A program made the position numbers and the translations under genes. Positions 12,345-23,795 of a DNA stretch of 64,000 nt are shown here, piece after piece. Where the stretch lies: positions 23,188,001 to 23,252,000 of the forward strand of contig NC_059434.1 of NCBI RefSeq assembly GCF_021028975.2. Direction: 5' to 3'. The first letter of the stretch is position 1; each line of letters starts with the position of its first letter. Below the pieces are notes generated by a model, which was given only the letters and a program-made list of their open reading frames with translations, searched no databases and was not told where the DNA came from. Source of the DNA: Sphaerodactylus townsendi (lineage: Eukaryota).

Positions 12345-12459
12345 CAGGGGTCCGCAACCTGTGGCTCTTCAGATGTTCATGGACTACAATTCCCATCAGC
12401 CCCTGCCAGCATGGCCATAGTCCATGAACATCTGGAGAGCCACAGGCTGCAGACCCCTG
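12345..12459. mobile_element. hAT-type MITE
   Basis: TIR CAGGGGTC; 8-bp TSD GACTAGTC/GACTAGGC. Confidence 0.85.
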
Positions 12460-12584
12460 GACTAGGCCCTACTGAAATGGAGGGGATCTACTGTTGCAAA
12501 TACAAATTTTGCTCTCTATCTAATAACCACGAAATTAACAATACCAACAATAGCAAAATGTCTCTTGCAGCTTGTCATACTCAC

Positions 12585-12794
12585 AATCAAATTGATGACA
12601 GCCAAAATAAAAAGCAGGATGATCACACAAATAGCCAAATTGCCTTTTCGGCCCCGTAAGCCAGTTTTGTGCAGCCGATCTTCATCAATGGGAATATATC
12701 CAGCTTTGAAGTTGCTATTATGTTCTTTGTTAATGTTCCTCCGCTCCACAGCCTTCTCACGCATGGACTTCTTCATGGGGCCATTAGAGCTTTG
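12585..12794 (-). CDS. SGCB: beta-sarcoglycan exon 2 (QSSNGPMKKSMREKAVERR...LAICVIILLFILAVINLI), cytoplasmic domain and transmembrane helix
   Basis: ORF 12516..12776 matches SGCB; TAG| acceptor, |GTGAGT donor; 210 nt. Confidence 0.98.
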
Positions 12795-14679
12795 CTAAAA
12801 TGTCACCCAAATAATAAGTTCAATACCAAGTGTGCAAACAAATAATAGGAATTTTCAGTTGTGCCAAAATGAGTCATAGGCCAATTATGCAGCAAATGCT
12901 TACCACAAGACTCTTCTCTGCACAGGGTGCTTGCGGGGCTCTCCTCACGTTTCTCTGTTTACACACAAGGGGGCAGTCCAGTGCCAGTCCTGCATTGTCT
13001 CAACCTACCTCTCCTTTTGCTGCTTCTTTTAACTTTGTCCATCTAAAGCCATTAAGGCACAGATCTCACTGATATTCACTTCCCCTCCCTTCCCCTGCAA
13101 ACTCACAAGCACACAAACTCTCTCTCTTGCTGCTGCTGCTGCTGCTGCAAGAGAGAGAGGCTTGTTGTTAAAACAGAAGTGTGTCTGAAAGAAAATTTTA
13201 AACATCACCTCCCAATCATCAGGGAGGGCAGAAGTGGAGCAGGGGAGGTGAGATGGAGACAGAAAGAGACCCTGCTTGTGCTGTTTCTTTGGAAAAAACC
13301 CAACTCTTTGTTTTTACCGTATCAATGTACTGACACAAGCATTTAGAGAAGCAGGAAGGAGTTGGCGACAGGGAGGAGTGTGAGAGGGAGGTGTGCAAAG
13401 CAGGGTGGGGGAGTGGGGATGAGATTAGGTGGGCTTGCTGTGGGCAGAGCGAAAAGGTTTGGGGCAAAGCTATGCCTACTGACAAATCTGCCCACTCTGG
13501 CTGTGAAGCAAAATTAAATTCTTGCTAGAAGTGGCCTTGCTTGCAGCAGGGAGAATAGAAAGTGAAAGCAGGGCTTGAGAAAATACGTCCATACAAGAAA
13601 TCTTGTGGCGATGCACTACCACCACCATGAAGCAAATGCTTTGTGTATAATCGCCCATAGTAAACTATTAAAGCCCTACCAGAAGGGGGGAAAAACTTTG
13701 AGGTATGGGATATGTGCAGTATTAGTACCTATAGAAATAAAAAAGAAGGTAGCCACGTTGGTCCTTAGCAAAATCCAAATACAGAAGCTATGTGATACCT
13801 TTTATTGACCAATCAAAATAACACATTGAGTTGCACTTCAATGGGTTGGTATTAATAAAATATATTATATGGCTTCTGTTTTAATCTGCAAAAAATCCAA
13901 GAGAAACTCGAAAACCAGGAAAATCTCGGATGCCTAAGTCATTGTGGGTGCCAATAGCTTCCACATGCATTGCATCCTTAATTTGCTCCACTATCTCGTT
14001 TCATCCTGCATAAAGGATGGCTTTTATTTTAATCTACAACTGTTGTCTGGGAGTGTCTCACATGTACTTTGGATGAGCTGATTTCTCTTTTGACCGGACT
14101 CTCCTCTCATACGGGTCGGTCTTTGTAACAAACTCTCTTCTGCTGGGCATTTCAACCAGGTCTAACGGATGCACGCTTCTGCGCCTCTGAGGAACTAAGC
14201 TCAGACTCAGGAAAGCTCATCCTGAAATAAATGTTGCTAGCCTTTAACGTGCAATGGGATTTTTGTGTAAGTTCCTCCCATGCTTTTAAAACACACTGCA
14301 CAGTCTCTATTTTTCAAACCAAAAGACTTCACAGGGTGGTTTGGTGAATCTCAAAATCCACAGCGCCCCAGTTCTGGGATGCTTTTGGACTGAATCAAAA
14401 AGTGCTTTTCAAAACAGGAGGTGTGCATAAAGAATAACTGTTGTCTACTACCCTGTGTAACAAGACGCTTCCCGTATAAGAGGAGATTCAGTCAAAAGAG
14501 AAATCAGTTCATCCAAAGTACATGTGTGACACTCCCAGACAACAGCTGTAGATTAAAATAACTCATCTTTGCACGACTCCCCAAAGGCCTGCGGTGCTAA
14601 AAGACGATTAATTCCTTCCAAATCCCCACATGTTTTTATGCCACAGGCGAGACCCCTTCTCCAAAATGACAGAATTGGG

Positions 14680-15320
14680 GCGCACAAGCTCGATGGCCGG
14701 ACCTTTTACGGGTCATACCCACAAGGGGCGGGAAGACACATTTGCAACTTTATTTATGTCTGCCATGCTGCTATTTTCGCTAGCTGAGGACCAAGGTGGG
14801 GCGCCAGCCGTAGCCTGTGGGCGCCCCAGTCCCGTCCCTAGCCGAGCCTCCCCTTCCCTCGTCGCTCCCCTCAGCCTCTTCAGCGGCCGGCTGCAGCAAC
14901 CAGGCGCCGGAGGGCGCTCCCATAGAAACGAAGCCGCCTGACGGTCGGGCCGCCTAACGGTTAAGCCGCCTAACGGTCCTGTCCCTTTCTGCGCTATTTG
15001 GGGGCGCGAATGAAGCACCCCCCTGCCCCGCCGCTCCGTCCGCGGCCCAGGCCCCCGAGAAGGCCAAGGGCGGGTAATACCGACCTGTTCTGAGGCGGTC
15101 GCCGCCACAGCAGCGGTCGCCGCCATCTTGGGGTCCTCCCTTGCCTTATTAAGCAGAAGGGGGAGCGAGCCTCGGCGCCGCTCCTTTCGCCAAAGCTGGC
15201 ACGGAAAAGCGGAATCCTCCTCTACGCCCCTCGGGTTGCTTCCTTAAAGGGATTGGGGATGGCGGCGAGAGGAGGCGTCTGGACAGCCATCCTTTTTGGC
15301 GGGGGGGGGGGGGGCAGACA
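14680..15320 (-). promoter_or_regulatory. CpG island / promoter of SGCB
   Basis: Sharply GC- and CpG-rich non-repeat sequence around exon 1; YY1-like CGCCATCTT over the start codon. Confidence 0.8.
15085..15126 (-). CDS. SGCB: beta-sarcoglycan exon 1 (MAATAAVAATASEQ)
   Basis: ATG in AAGATGGCG context inside a CpG island. Ala-rich N-terminus ending EQ, as in mammalian SGCB. Donor is CAG|GTCGGT. Confidence 0.9.
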
Positions 15321-15445
15321 GTGCAGGCACCAAGATGGGGATGTGTCAAAATAGGACTGCAGTTGTTGAGAGTCTTCAAGTGTAGTTGCCTGTAGTTGTT
15401 GAGAGTCTCCAGATGTCACGACACGTGTAGCCAGATGTCAGCGTA

Positions 15446-15594
15446 GGCCCCTTCCGCACATGCAGCATTATGCACTTTCAGTCCACTTTCACAATTGTTT
15501 GCAAGTGGATTTTTATTCCGCACAGTAAAATCCAGCTGCAAAGTGCATTGAAAGTGGATTGAAAGTGCATTATTCTGCATGTGCAGAAGGGGCC
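15446..15594. mobile_element. ~150-bp Harbinger-type MITE
   Basis: TIR GGCCCCTTC(C/T)GCACATGCAG; flanks GTA/ATA. Confidence 0.85.
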
Positions 15595-16299
15595 ATAGAA
15601 TGCATGACCAGAGCTTTTTGCATGCTGCAAGCAGTTTTGTGTCCGTGTTTGGCTTTCCCCATGCATACATGATGCTAAAGCTTTTGGAGTTTACATGGAG
15701 GATAAGATCTCAGTGCTAGGAGATGGATTTGAAATGGGGATTTTATCTGCCACTTCAATGGCAATTGAAGAATTCATTGGGAATTTTAGAAGCTCTGCAT
15801 CTAGAATCTGTACTTGAATAAGCAGTGGAAGTGATTGAGAAAGCATTTGAACCTGGAAACATGACCTATAGCTGGCCGTCCTTCTTGGAATTTGGCTTTT
15901 CTCCACAGTTTGAAGTGTCAGCTTTCGTTCATACATAATGTGGAGCTTTGGCGTTCTTCAGTCATTAGGACATTGTAATTTTTCCATACTTGTGGCCTAG
16001 TGCATGGTCTCTGTATCATTTGCATTATAATTCCAGTCTTTATGTAAGAGTAAACTATATTTGACATTGACTACAGTTTGCTTGTACAGTTCTGTGTTGT
16101 GACATTTGCTTATTCTTGTGCTGTTTATCCCTATTGTACTTTGTTTCTTATTGAGAGCCAAGCAAAGCAAAAAGCAAGCAGCCGTCCCGGTGGCTTTACA
16201 GGCTAAATGAGGATAGGATAAGGCAGTAACAAGGGGAGCAAGCATAAAAAAGAGAATTTGGTGGATTAAGAGGGACAAAGACAACATGCGCACATTTGT

Positions 16300-16450
16300 G
16301 GCTCCTTCCACACATGCAGAATAATCCACTTTCAATCCACTTTCATAACTGTTTGCAAGTGGATTTTTCTATTCTTCACAGTAAAAACCAGCTGCAAAGT
16401 GTATTGAAAGTGGATCGAAAGTGGATTATTCTGCATGTGCGAAAGGGGCC
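16300..16450. mobile_element. ~150-bp Harbinger-type MITE
   Basis: Same family as 15446; 3-bp TSD TGT. Confidence 0.85.
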
Positions 16451-16823
16451 TGTGTTCTAGCTATATACACCTGATTTCTCTTAAGTTCTGATTTCTCTTA
16501 AGTTCTGGGAGGCCAAAGGAGGAAGGGAGGATCCTGATAGCTGGTGACTTTATAAAAAGCTTTTGAAATCATGAAGCTCCCTCATACCGAATCAGACCAC
16601 TCACCTATCAAAGTCAAGCCTGTCTACTGTGAATGGTGGCAGTTCTCCAGCTTGGCGACTTTCACATTGCCTACTACCTGGTCCTATTAATTGGAGATGC
16701 CAGTGATTGAACCTGAAACCATGTGCAGGCAAAGCAGCTTCACTACCATTGAGCCAAGGTATTTTGGTATTTGCCAAAACATGGAGACCAGAGAAATGCA
16801 GAATAAATGGGAATGATATAGAA

Positions 16824-17310
16824 CAGTGGTGGCAAACCTTTTCGAGACTGAGTGCCCAAATTGCAACCCAAACCCCACTTATTTATTACAAAGTGCCAAC
16901 ATGGCAATTTAACCTGAATACTGAGGTTTTAGTTTAGAAAAAAACAGTTGGCTCTGGCTCATTCCGCACATGCAGAATACTGCACTTTCAAACTGCTTTC
17001 AGTGCTCTTTGAAGCTGTGCGGAATAGCAAAATCCACTTGCAAACAGTTGTGAAAGTGGTTTGAAAACGCATTATTTTGCGTGTGCGGAAGGGGCCTCTG
17101 AGACGTGCATTACTCGGAAGTAAGATTGTAGGTAGTCGGTGGCTTTGCTTTGAAGCAACCGTGCAACTCTTCCAATGGGTGAATCATGACCCTAGGAAGG
17201 TTTACTCAACCATTGTCAGCAACCGAGCTAAGTTCTTCACATGAAAATCAGTGGGGTTTAACAGCGCTTAACAGAGTTACCTACACTGCTTCCCCAAAAC
17301 TAGGTCTCCC
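16824..17310. mobile_element. truncated relative of the 10974 hAT element, interrupted by a Harbinger-type MITE
   Basis: First ~130 bp align by eye with 10974-11105; right boundary approximate. Confidence 0.65.
16956..17096. mobile_element. ~140-bp Harbinger-type MITE nested in a hAT element
   Basis: Same family; TSD TCT. Confidence 0.85.
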
Positions 17311-17632
17311 TCCACCTTGCCAGTTATACAGCCCACACAAGTTCATTTACTACTTTCACCAAACCTTTAGGTCTTTAGAGTGTTCTCTGAAGATTTACTT
17401 TACTAGAGGGCATTTTTAGAAAGCCGACTGAAAATCATTTGGTTTAAACCAATGGAAGGACTACACAGCAAAACAAGAGTGGACCGTTGTTTCCTTGCCC
17501 AGTTCCCTGTACCAAACCTAGGCTGGGCTTTATCCATATGTGAGTGTAGGATATCCTCCTTCAGAGGCAAGTGCCGCAAAGACAAGGGACTCCTTGGATG
17601 CCCCCTTACGGGGAGGGCAGTATACAAATTGA

Positions 17633-17693
<61 letters not shown>
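17633..17693 (+). repeat. (ATA)n microsatellite, tail of a retroposon 3' end
   Basis: About 20 perfect units, preceded by GGGAGGGCAGTATACAAAT. Confidence 0.95.
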
Positions 17694-17697
<4 letters not shown>

Positions 17698-17769
17698 CCT
17701 CTAAAAAGACACGTGTCAAAATCGCTGCCTTTTACGTGTGCAAGTTTTATTCGTTTTAAAATTTTGCAC

Positions 17770-18960
17770 CTCTGACGGGTAGTAAAGGCTGTTTTGCGGC
17801 TCCGTAGCGATGGTCTTGCAAAGGGACGGAAGAGGGCTGTAGGGGGAAGCCAGGGGGTTGTTAGGAAACTCCCACCTTTCCAAAGGACCGCTGTCATTAT
17901 CTGGCGAGGGGTCCCCAGTCCGGCAGGCCTGATCTTTCCTTTGGATCCCACGGGAGCTCAAGCCAACCTCTGCATTTGGAGGGAACAGAAATATCAGCCG
18001 GAGGGCAGGGCAAAGGGAGGTGGGGTTTTCGGCGTTGCTACAACCAAAGCGGCCTCTGGGCGCAGCCGTGGCGTCCCTGGCATCCGAGCAAAGCAGACGT
18101 CAGTTTGTTGAACAATCGCCCCGTATAAAATGCCCCAGTCATAGAGGGAGGCTGGTGGCGGGGAAACGAGGCAGAGCCTAGCCTGGGGCCATCAGCAGCA
18201 GGGGGCATTTCCTCGCAGATCGCTCCCCCCTTGGGTTCCCTGGGGTAGCTGAAAACCGAGGGGGGGAGGGACAGGAACATCGATGCTCGTTGCTCTATAA
18301 GCGAAGCCTCGAGCTGCCCTCCAGGGTCTGAGCCATGGCCGAGAGCCTGAGACGACTGATCAGCAGCGAGACCTGCGGGGTTTTGCAGGAGAAGTTGGAG
18401 CGGTGGTATAAAGACTATCACGTGAGTGGACTGCAACGCTGTGGTTTCTGGGCGAACGCCGATGTGGGCTCTATTGGGCTCTGGCACTATGCAGCCGTGT
18501 GCTGCTGAATCCTCGATCAGGCCAAACGCTCTTTCTCTTTCTCTTCTCCCGCATTTTGCAATTGGAGCGTCCGGCGGAAAAACGCCCGTTCTGAGCGCCG
18601 TCTCCAAAAGAACGAGGTGGTTTCAGAGACTTTTTAAATCTCAGGGGCTTCCTAAAGGAGAGGAGAAGAGCCGCGCTCGGAGTTGGGGGTTCAGACTGTG
18701 CATGGCATTTATGGCGGGAGATGAATACGAGCGGATGTCTCGGGGAGCGACCTGGAGCGATTTCCCGGGAAAGCCGTAACCAAGGACGCTGGTTGCTAGG
18801 CGCAGCAGACCCTGTTGTGGTTGCCATAGTTACAGAACCTAGCGATAGTCCTCAGACAACATAGGGAGGCAGCGACACATTGCAGTGATTGACTGCTCGC
18901 CTTCCGACGCTGCTTTGTGATTGGTTGTTCTGATTAGATCCAGGCTAAGGGTGGGATGGA
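17770..18960 (+). promoter_or_regulatory. CpG island / promoter and proximal intron 1 of SPATA18
   Basis: CpG-rich; CRE-like GACGTCA at 18096-18102, TATAAAA at 18124-18130, X-box GTTGCCATAGTTAC at 18820-18833. Confidence 0.75.
18335..18421 (+). CDS. SPATA18: SPATA18 exon 1 (MAESLRRLISSETCGVLQEKLERWYKDYH)
   Basis: Kozak GCCATGG; resembles the MIEAP N-terminus (MAENLKRLVSNETLRTLQEKL...); |GTGAGT donor. Confidence 0.95.
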
Positions 18961-19214
18961 GAGGTTCGGGTCTGCTGATGGATGAGCATCAGCGTCAGGG
19001 TTATCTGGACCTCTTGCAAGGCTGCTTACTTCTGCAGAAGAGGTGTGTTTCAGCAGAGTGGAAAGATCCTGGCACTCGAGGAGGACACGTCAATAGAACA
19101 GGACTTTTGCATGCAATCCAATGCCAAGCTGCCGCAACAAACTGAAACTTGCTGGAAAAGTTCATGACCTTTACTTAAATTAAATCCCATTTGTAGGATG
19201 TGATTGCCCGCCTG

Positions 19215-19411
19215 ATCTGAGTAGCCCAGGCTAGCCTGACCATAGGTTGTGGAAGCAGGGTTGGCCCTGGCTAGTCCTTGGATGGGAGACCTCTACAGAA
19301 TACCAAGGGTGTGACATTAAGGCAGGCAAACCATCTCTAAAAATCTCTCACCTTGAAAACGCTGCAGGGTCGCCATAAGTTAGCGGTGACTCAAGGCACT
19401 TTCCACCACCA
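19215..19411 (+). mobile_element. 5S rRNA-derived SINE, degenerate
   Basis: CTTGGATGGGAGACC 5S box C; GGGTCGCCATAAG tail. Confidence 0.7.
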
Positions 19412-20672
19412 GGGTGTGATTGCTTCCTAACATTATAACTCATTAATTTGGGTTTATAAAATGGGATTCTGCTCTTCTTACAAGAGGCTCAAGGTGGGGT
19501 ACATCGTACTGTCCCATTTCAAGGGACTGCATGGATCATGGTGTGTGTGTCATAAATTATCTGGTCCGTGGAGGCAAAGCAAGTCCTTGACTTCTGAATA
19601 TAAAGTCTGTGCCCAGTAGCAGATTTTAAACATGCTCATACCTTGTTTTTTTTTCAAAACACAACGGCAATTCAAATATAAACATATAATAATGGCAAAA
19701 GAGTTTTAACTGGAACACAGTGTATTATGCTGGTTTTCTCTTTCACAGCCAGTTTCTTTGTCTCTTGACAGTCCATTTTCTGTTTTTTTCCCCTACAAGT
19801 GTTAATACTTTGCATGAGTCTGCTGAGGCAAGCAAAATAAGTGTTTGTGCTTTGATAAAGAAATGCATACTTTCCTGTTTGTTTATTTTGGCAGAAGTGA
19901 TAGAACGTTCAGTATTTTGCTAGATACAATTGGTAGCTCTAAATTTGGCCTTTATTTTGAGAGAAGTAAAAATGAGAGTAAAGCACTAGTCAACCTTTGC
20001 ATGTCTTCTTGTTGCATATTCAGGCGTACTCGAAAGCTGTGGACAAATATACATTATACACTTATCAAAGACTAAAGGTAGTTTAACATCCATAGTGTCT
20101 CCCCACCCATCCTTGAGAGGCTATTGAAGTTTTGCAGTTATAGATAAGGGGTTTTGATCCCAGTGTATTCCTGAGTGACAACTCTGGTAGTAAATAGAAT
20201 GAAGTCATTGCTCTAATTGCCAATGCCAATAAAAAAGGAATGTACCTTAGATGTGTAGGTGTGGAGTAACACTCTTAACCGTGTACGTTCAGCGGTAGCT
20301 ATTAGTAACACTTTAGTTTTGTTAACTTTTTGAAGAGCTGTAGACTAGGGAATGACTGTTAAATGAGTAGTGTACTATAGTATAGTATGCCCTTGGAAGT
20401 GTGTTGTGGTACTTATACAAAGTGCCTTTCAATCATGAAGTTTATCCTCCAAAGGAGAGGCCAGTGTGCTAGCTAGGATTCCCATAATACTCTCAGGATT
20501 TCCCTCTACTGTGAAGTGTTATTTTCTTCATCAGTTTGGTCTCTGCGTGATTGATTAGATGTTATAGTCTTGTGAATCCTAGGGACTGTGATGCACCAAG
20601 ATAAAATGTTATTGAGTGAACAATAAAAATACAATATGATGATGGAGTAAATAAGGAATTTCTGATTTACAG

Positions 20673-20778
20673 ATAAATTCATGTGATCAAAATCTGAACC
20701 GATGCTGTGAAATCATGGAATTGAGTGCCAAGATTCAGGGGCATCTCTTCTCCATCTTCAATCAAACAGCTCGAGAAG
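20673..20778 (+). CDS. SPATA18: SPATA18 exon 2 (INSCDQNLNRCCEIMELSAKIQGHLFSIFNQTARE)
   Basis: CDQNLN motif; CAG| acceptor, |GTGAGG donor. Confidence 0.95.
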
Positions 20779-20874
20779 GTGAGGTTGTTGCCCATTCTGT
20801 ATGTGCAAGTTATAGGTATCTATGTGCTATAGGGATTACATTTTTGTTCATGTCTTTTTCACTCATTGTCACAG

Positions 20875-20984
20875 GTGGACATTATGCAGGAGTGGAAACC
20901 ATCAAATCACGTCTCCTGCCATGGTTGGGGACTTGTTTTTCTAGCCCTGCTCCAGGACGGCCCTTCGAAACCAGTTTCTCCAAG
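20875..20984 (+). CDS. SPATA18: SPATA18 exon 3 (GGHYAGVETIKSRLLPWLGTCF...FSK)
   Basis: Conserved GVETIKSRLLPWL; CAG| acceptor, |GTACAT donor. Confidence 0.93.
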
Positions 20985-21704
20985 GTACATTTCAGAGTCC
21001 TTAGTTGTATTGTTAACTAGCAAATCACAAAGTTTAGGAGGCTTCACTGGAGATCTTGCATTGCTGTGTATTTTGCAGTTTTCCTTCTCCTGATTTGAAT
21101 GGACATTGAGGCTGAAGTGGTGTTCAAATGGAGAATCACATTATAAACATAAGTATGAAGCACAGTTTGTGATATCTGCCTGTGAAGAAAGGTATCATAC
21201 TACAGTGCTTTATGGCTTGGGTCCAACAGAGCATTTCCATACATGGAAGAATTTCAGCTCATAGATTATTACTTTCTTGTCTCCTCTTGTTGCAGTCCAA
21301 AATGCCCCCTTAAATACTGCTTCCAGAAATTGTATCTTAGGGTACACTTTGGACTATAAAAGAAGAGGCAAAAAAGTCAGAACGTTCTATCGGATCCAGT
21401 CCAATCCTGTATCTTTCTTAGTTCCTTTGAATGGAAGTGTGAGGTTTGCACATGAAGTGTAGAATTGTTTCTTGTTTATGAGTACCAGTTTTAATCCTAA
21501 CATCTTAGTCTTCAAACCGGCTATCACATTTGAATACGTTGTTAAATGCTGCTCATTTCTCTACGTAGCTAGAAATTCCAGGTTTCAGAGCCAGGATTAG
21601 ATCCAATGGTTCCCTCTACCAACAGAACTTTTGTTAATGGAGGAGGTCTTCTAGAAAGACAAGACCTGACTTGGCAGAAGGGAACTACTTCATGCAGCCC
21701 GACA

Positions 21705-21990
21705 TCTATTTATTTATTTATTATTGGGTTTTATAGATCGCCCTACCCCCGAAGGGCTCTGGGTGGTGTACAACATAACTTCACAACAACATATAACTAA
21801 AACCCATTAAATTAAAATTAAAATACAGTGGTCAATACAATAAAACGGTGTCCAGCGATAAAACCCTTATTAAAATCCACCCAAGGAGGGGGGAACAGTG
21901 GGTCTGATGGATGTTAAAGGGACCCCAAACATAAGGAGAATAAAAAGGGGCATTGCAAGTCAGCGGCTGGTCACTCCAAAGGCCCGGTTG
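21705..21990 (-). mobile_element. L2-like LINE 3' fragment
   Basis: (TTTA)n tail followed by CGCCCTACCCC..GGCTCTGGGTGG. Confidence 0.5.
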
Positions 21991-22133
21991 TGCTTTTCTC
22001 TTTCTGAATAGATACAACATCTTCATTTAAAATAAAGATACCTGCAACTAAAGATTCCCAAAAGTACCAACATATTTTTAAATAAAAAAGACAGCTTTTT
22101 GTGTTTAGTTTCTCTATTTATACTTCATTGTAG

Positions 22134-22252
22134 GAGTCACATGAGAAAGAAAGGCAACTGAGGGAATTGGCCAACTCTCGGAATCATGAAATACTCCAGC
22201 TGGAAAGAGAACTGAACTCCACTCGTTTACAGCTCAGCCTTGTCCAGCAAGA
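22134..22252 (+). CDS. SPATA18: SPATA18 exon 4 (ESHEKERQLRELANSRNHEILQLERELNSTRLQLSLVQQ)
   Basis: Coiled-coil with LNSTR motif; TAG| acceptor, |GTAGGA donor; phase-consistent. Confidence 0.92.
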
Positions 22253-22648
22253 GTAGGACAATTAAATGTTTTCCATCAGTCCTTCATCTCTTTTTCCCCT
22301 CTAAAAGAATTCTGAAAAATGTTTAATTATTTTTTTGGGCGGGGGCATTTATAATATATGTCGATTTCAAACTTTGTAAATTAATTAGAGAATGATTATG
22401 GCTGTGCTAGGGTATTATGCTGTATGTTTGTCAAATTTGGGAGTGTACTACTTACTATACAGACTTTGTAGGAAATCGTAATTTGTGAGGTGATTCTCAG
22501 CTGCGTTATCGAAGCTCTGGAGTTCTCCGTTTCCTCAAAAGTGGAGGCTGGATGATGGTACCCTAGTTGGAATCTACCATCTAAAGCCCGCTGCTTTTAA
22601 TTGCGGGTTTAATTGCAGGATTATTCATGGAATACGTGGGCCCTAAAT

Positions 22649-22749
22649 CAGTGGTGGGATTCAAATAATTTAACTACTGGTTGTTTACAAGCACCATTTT
22701 AACAAACGGTTCTGCCAAAGTAGTGCGAACCTGCTGAATCCCACCACTG
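22649..22749. mobile_element. hAT MITE (CAGTGGTGGGATTC TIR)
   Basis: 14-bp TIR; perfect TSD CCCTAAAT. Confidence 0.9.
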
Positions 22750-23688
22750 CCCTAAATGTAGTTATTCTTGATTTATTCATTCTCTTTGGAAGTTGGAGCA
22801 GTTGCTTCCAGAAGCATGTTGAGGGATTCCTTTTGTGCAAGGGGTGATCTATTCAAATCAATTTCCACTGACTGACATTTCTTGAATACCAGATTATGGC
22901 TGGAGATGCAATCTTTACCTACGCTGGTTTCCATGGCAAATACAAAAAAATGTATGGCTGGTTGACTATACGCTTATAAATTTTTGTTTGCTTATAAATA
23001 GGATACAGCTGAGGCGTTAGATTTTCAGTCTTGTATTTTAAAAATACCAATATAATTTCTTTAAGGAAATCTGAAGAAAATTCTCTGCAGATTGCTAAAT
23101 GTAATATGATTGGGCCAAATTGGCCAGCAAACTGAATATTGAACATTCAGTACGTGCTAAAATGTGTAACTATGAAGCTTCTGTGGAGCTTCTGTGGCTT
23201 CTTTGCTGTTTTTCCCAACTGATATTTATATTTATTAGTTCTTTAAACCATGGATTAAGTGATATCATTGAGAGAAAACAGAAGCTTGTCAACAATTGTT
23301 GTGGGAACCATGCACACTTCTAAAGAGCATCTGATCTCCACAATTGAAATGTGTAGGAGAAATCAACCCTTTGTCTTTTCCCTGATGAAGGGGGAAGATT
23401 GTGGGATCAGAACAGGCTATTGAGTCTCTACATTTATGCTCTTGTTTTCAGTGCCTCAGGAAAAAAGGGCTGTTCTTTATTCTGGGGCTGTTTCCTCAAC
23501 TTCTGGATTCTAGTTACACTGCTGAACCAACAGCCTAGCTGTCTATCATATGGGCATGTCTTAGATATCTTGATGAAATCAGACCACTCATCTGTGTCAT
23601 CATGTATCTACAGCTAGCTCTGCAGTTATGCCTTAACTAATCTCAAAGATTCATATAGATATTCTTTATCTTTTCTATATCTTTCTAT

Positions 23689-23795
23689 GGCCCATTTTCA
23701 CTGCACTTTGCAGCTGTGCAGAAAAACAAAATCCACTTGCAAACAATCATGAAAGTGGATTAAAAGCGCATTATTCTGCATGTGCGGATGGGGCC
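23689..23795. mobile_element. internally deleted Harbinger-type MITE
   Basis: Right end CATTATTCTGCATGTGCGGATGGGGCC matches the family. Confidence 0.7.

Larger units (their letters stand above)
6404..15126 (-). other. SGCB: SGCB gene span, start to stop codon (6 coding exons, 966 nt, 321 aa)
   Basis: Six exons join in frame (42+210+186+192+132+204 nt), all with GT/AG boundaries. The translation matches vertebrate beta-sarcoglycan throughout. Confidence 0.98.

Noticed and set aside
14713-15084. 137-aa ORF continuing from the SGCB ATG
   Set aside because: Read-through of exon 1 into a GC-rich intron; SGCB similarity stops at the EQ|GT donor.
17403-17951. ORFs with poly-Y/poly-I (and poly-E/K/F at 47631-48138)
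   Set aside because: Translations of (ATA)n and (GAA)n microsatellites.
19578-19587. p53 half-site AAGCAAGTCC in SPATA18 intron 1
   Set aside because: No adjacent second half-site; single decamers are common by chance.
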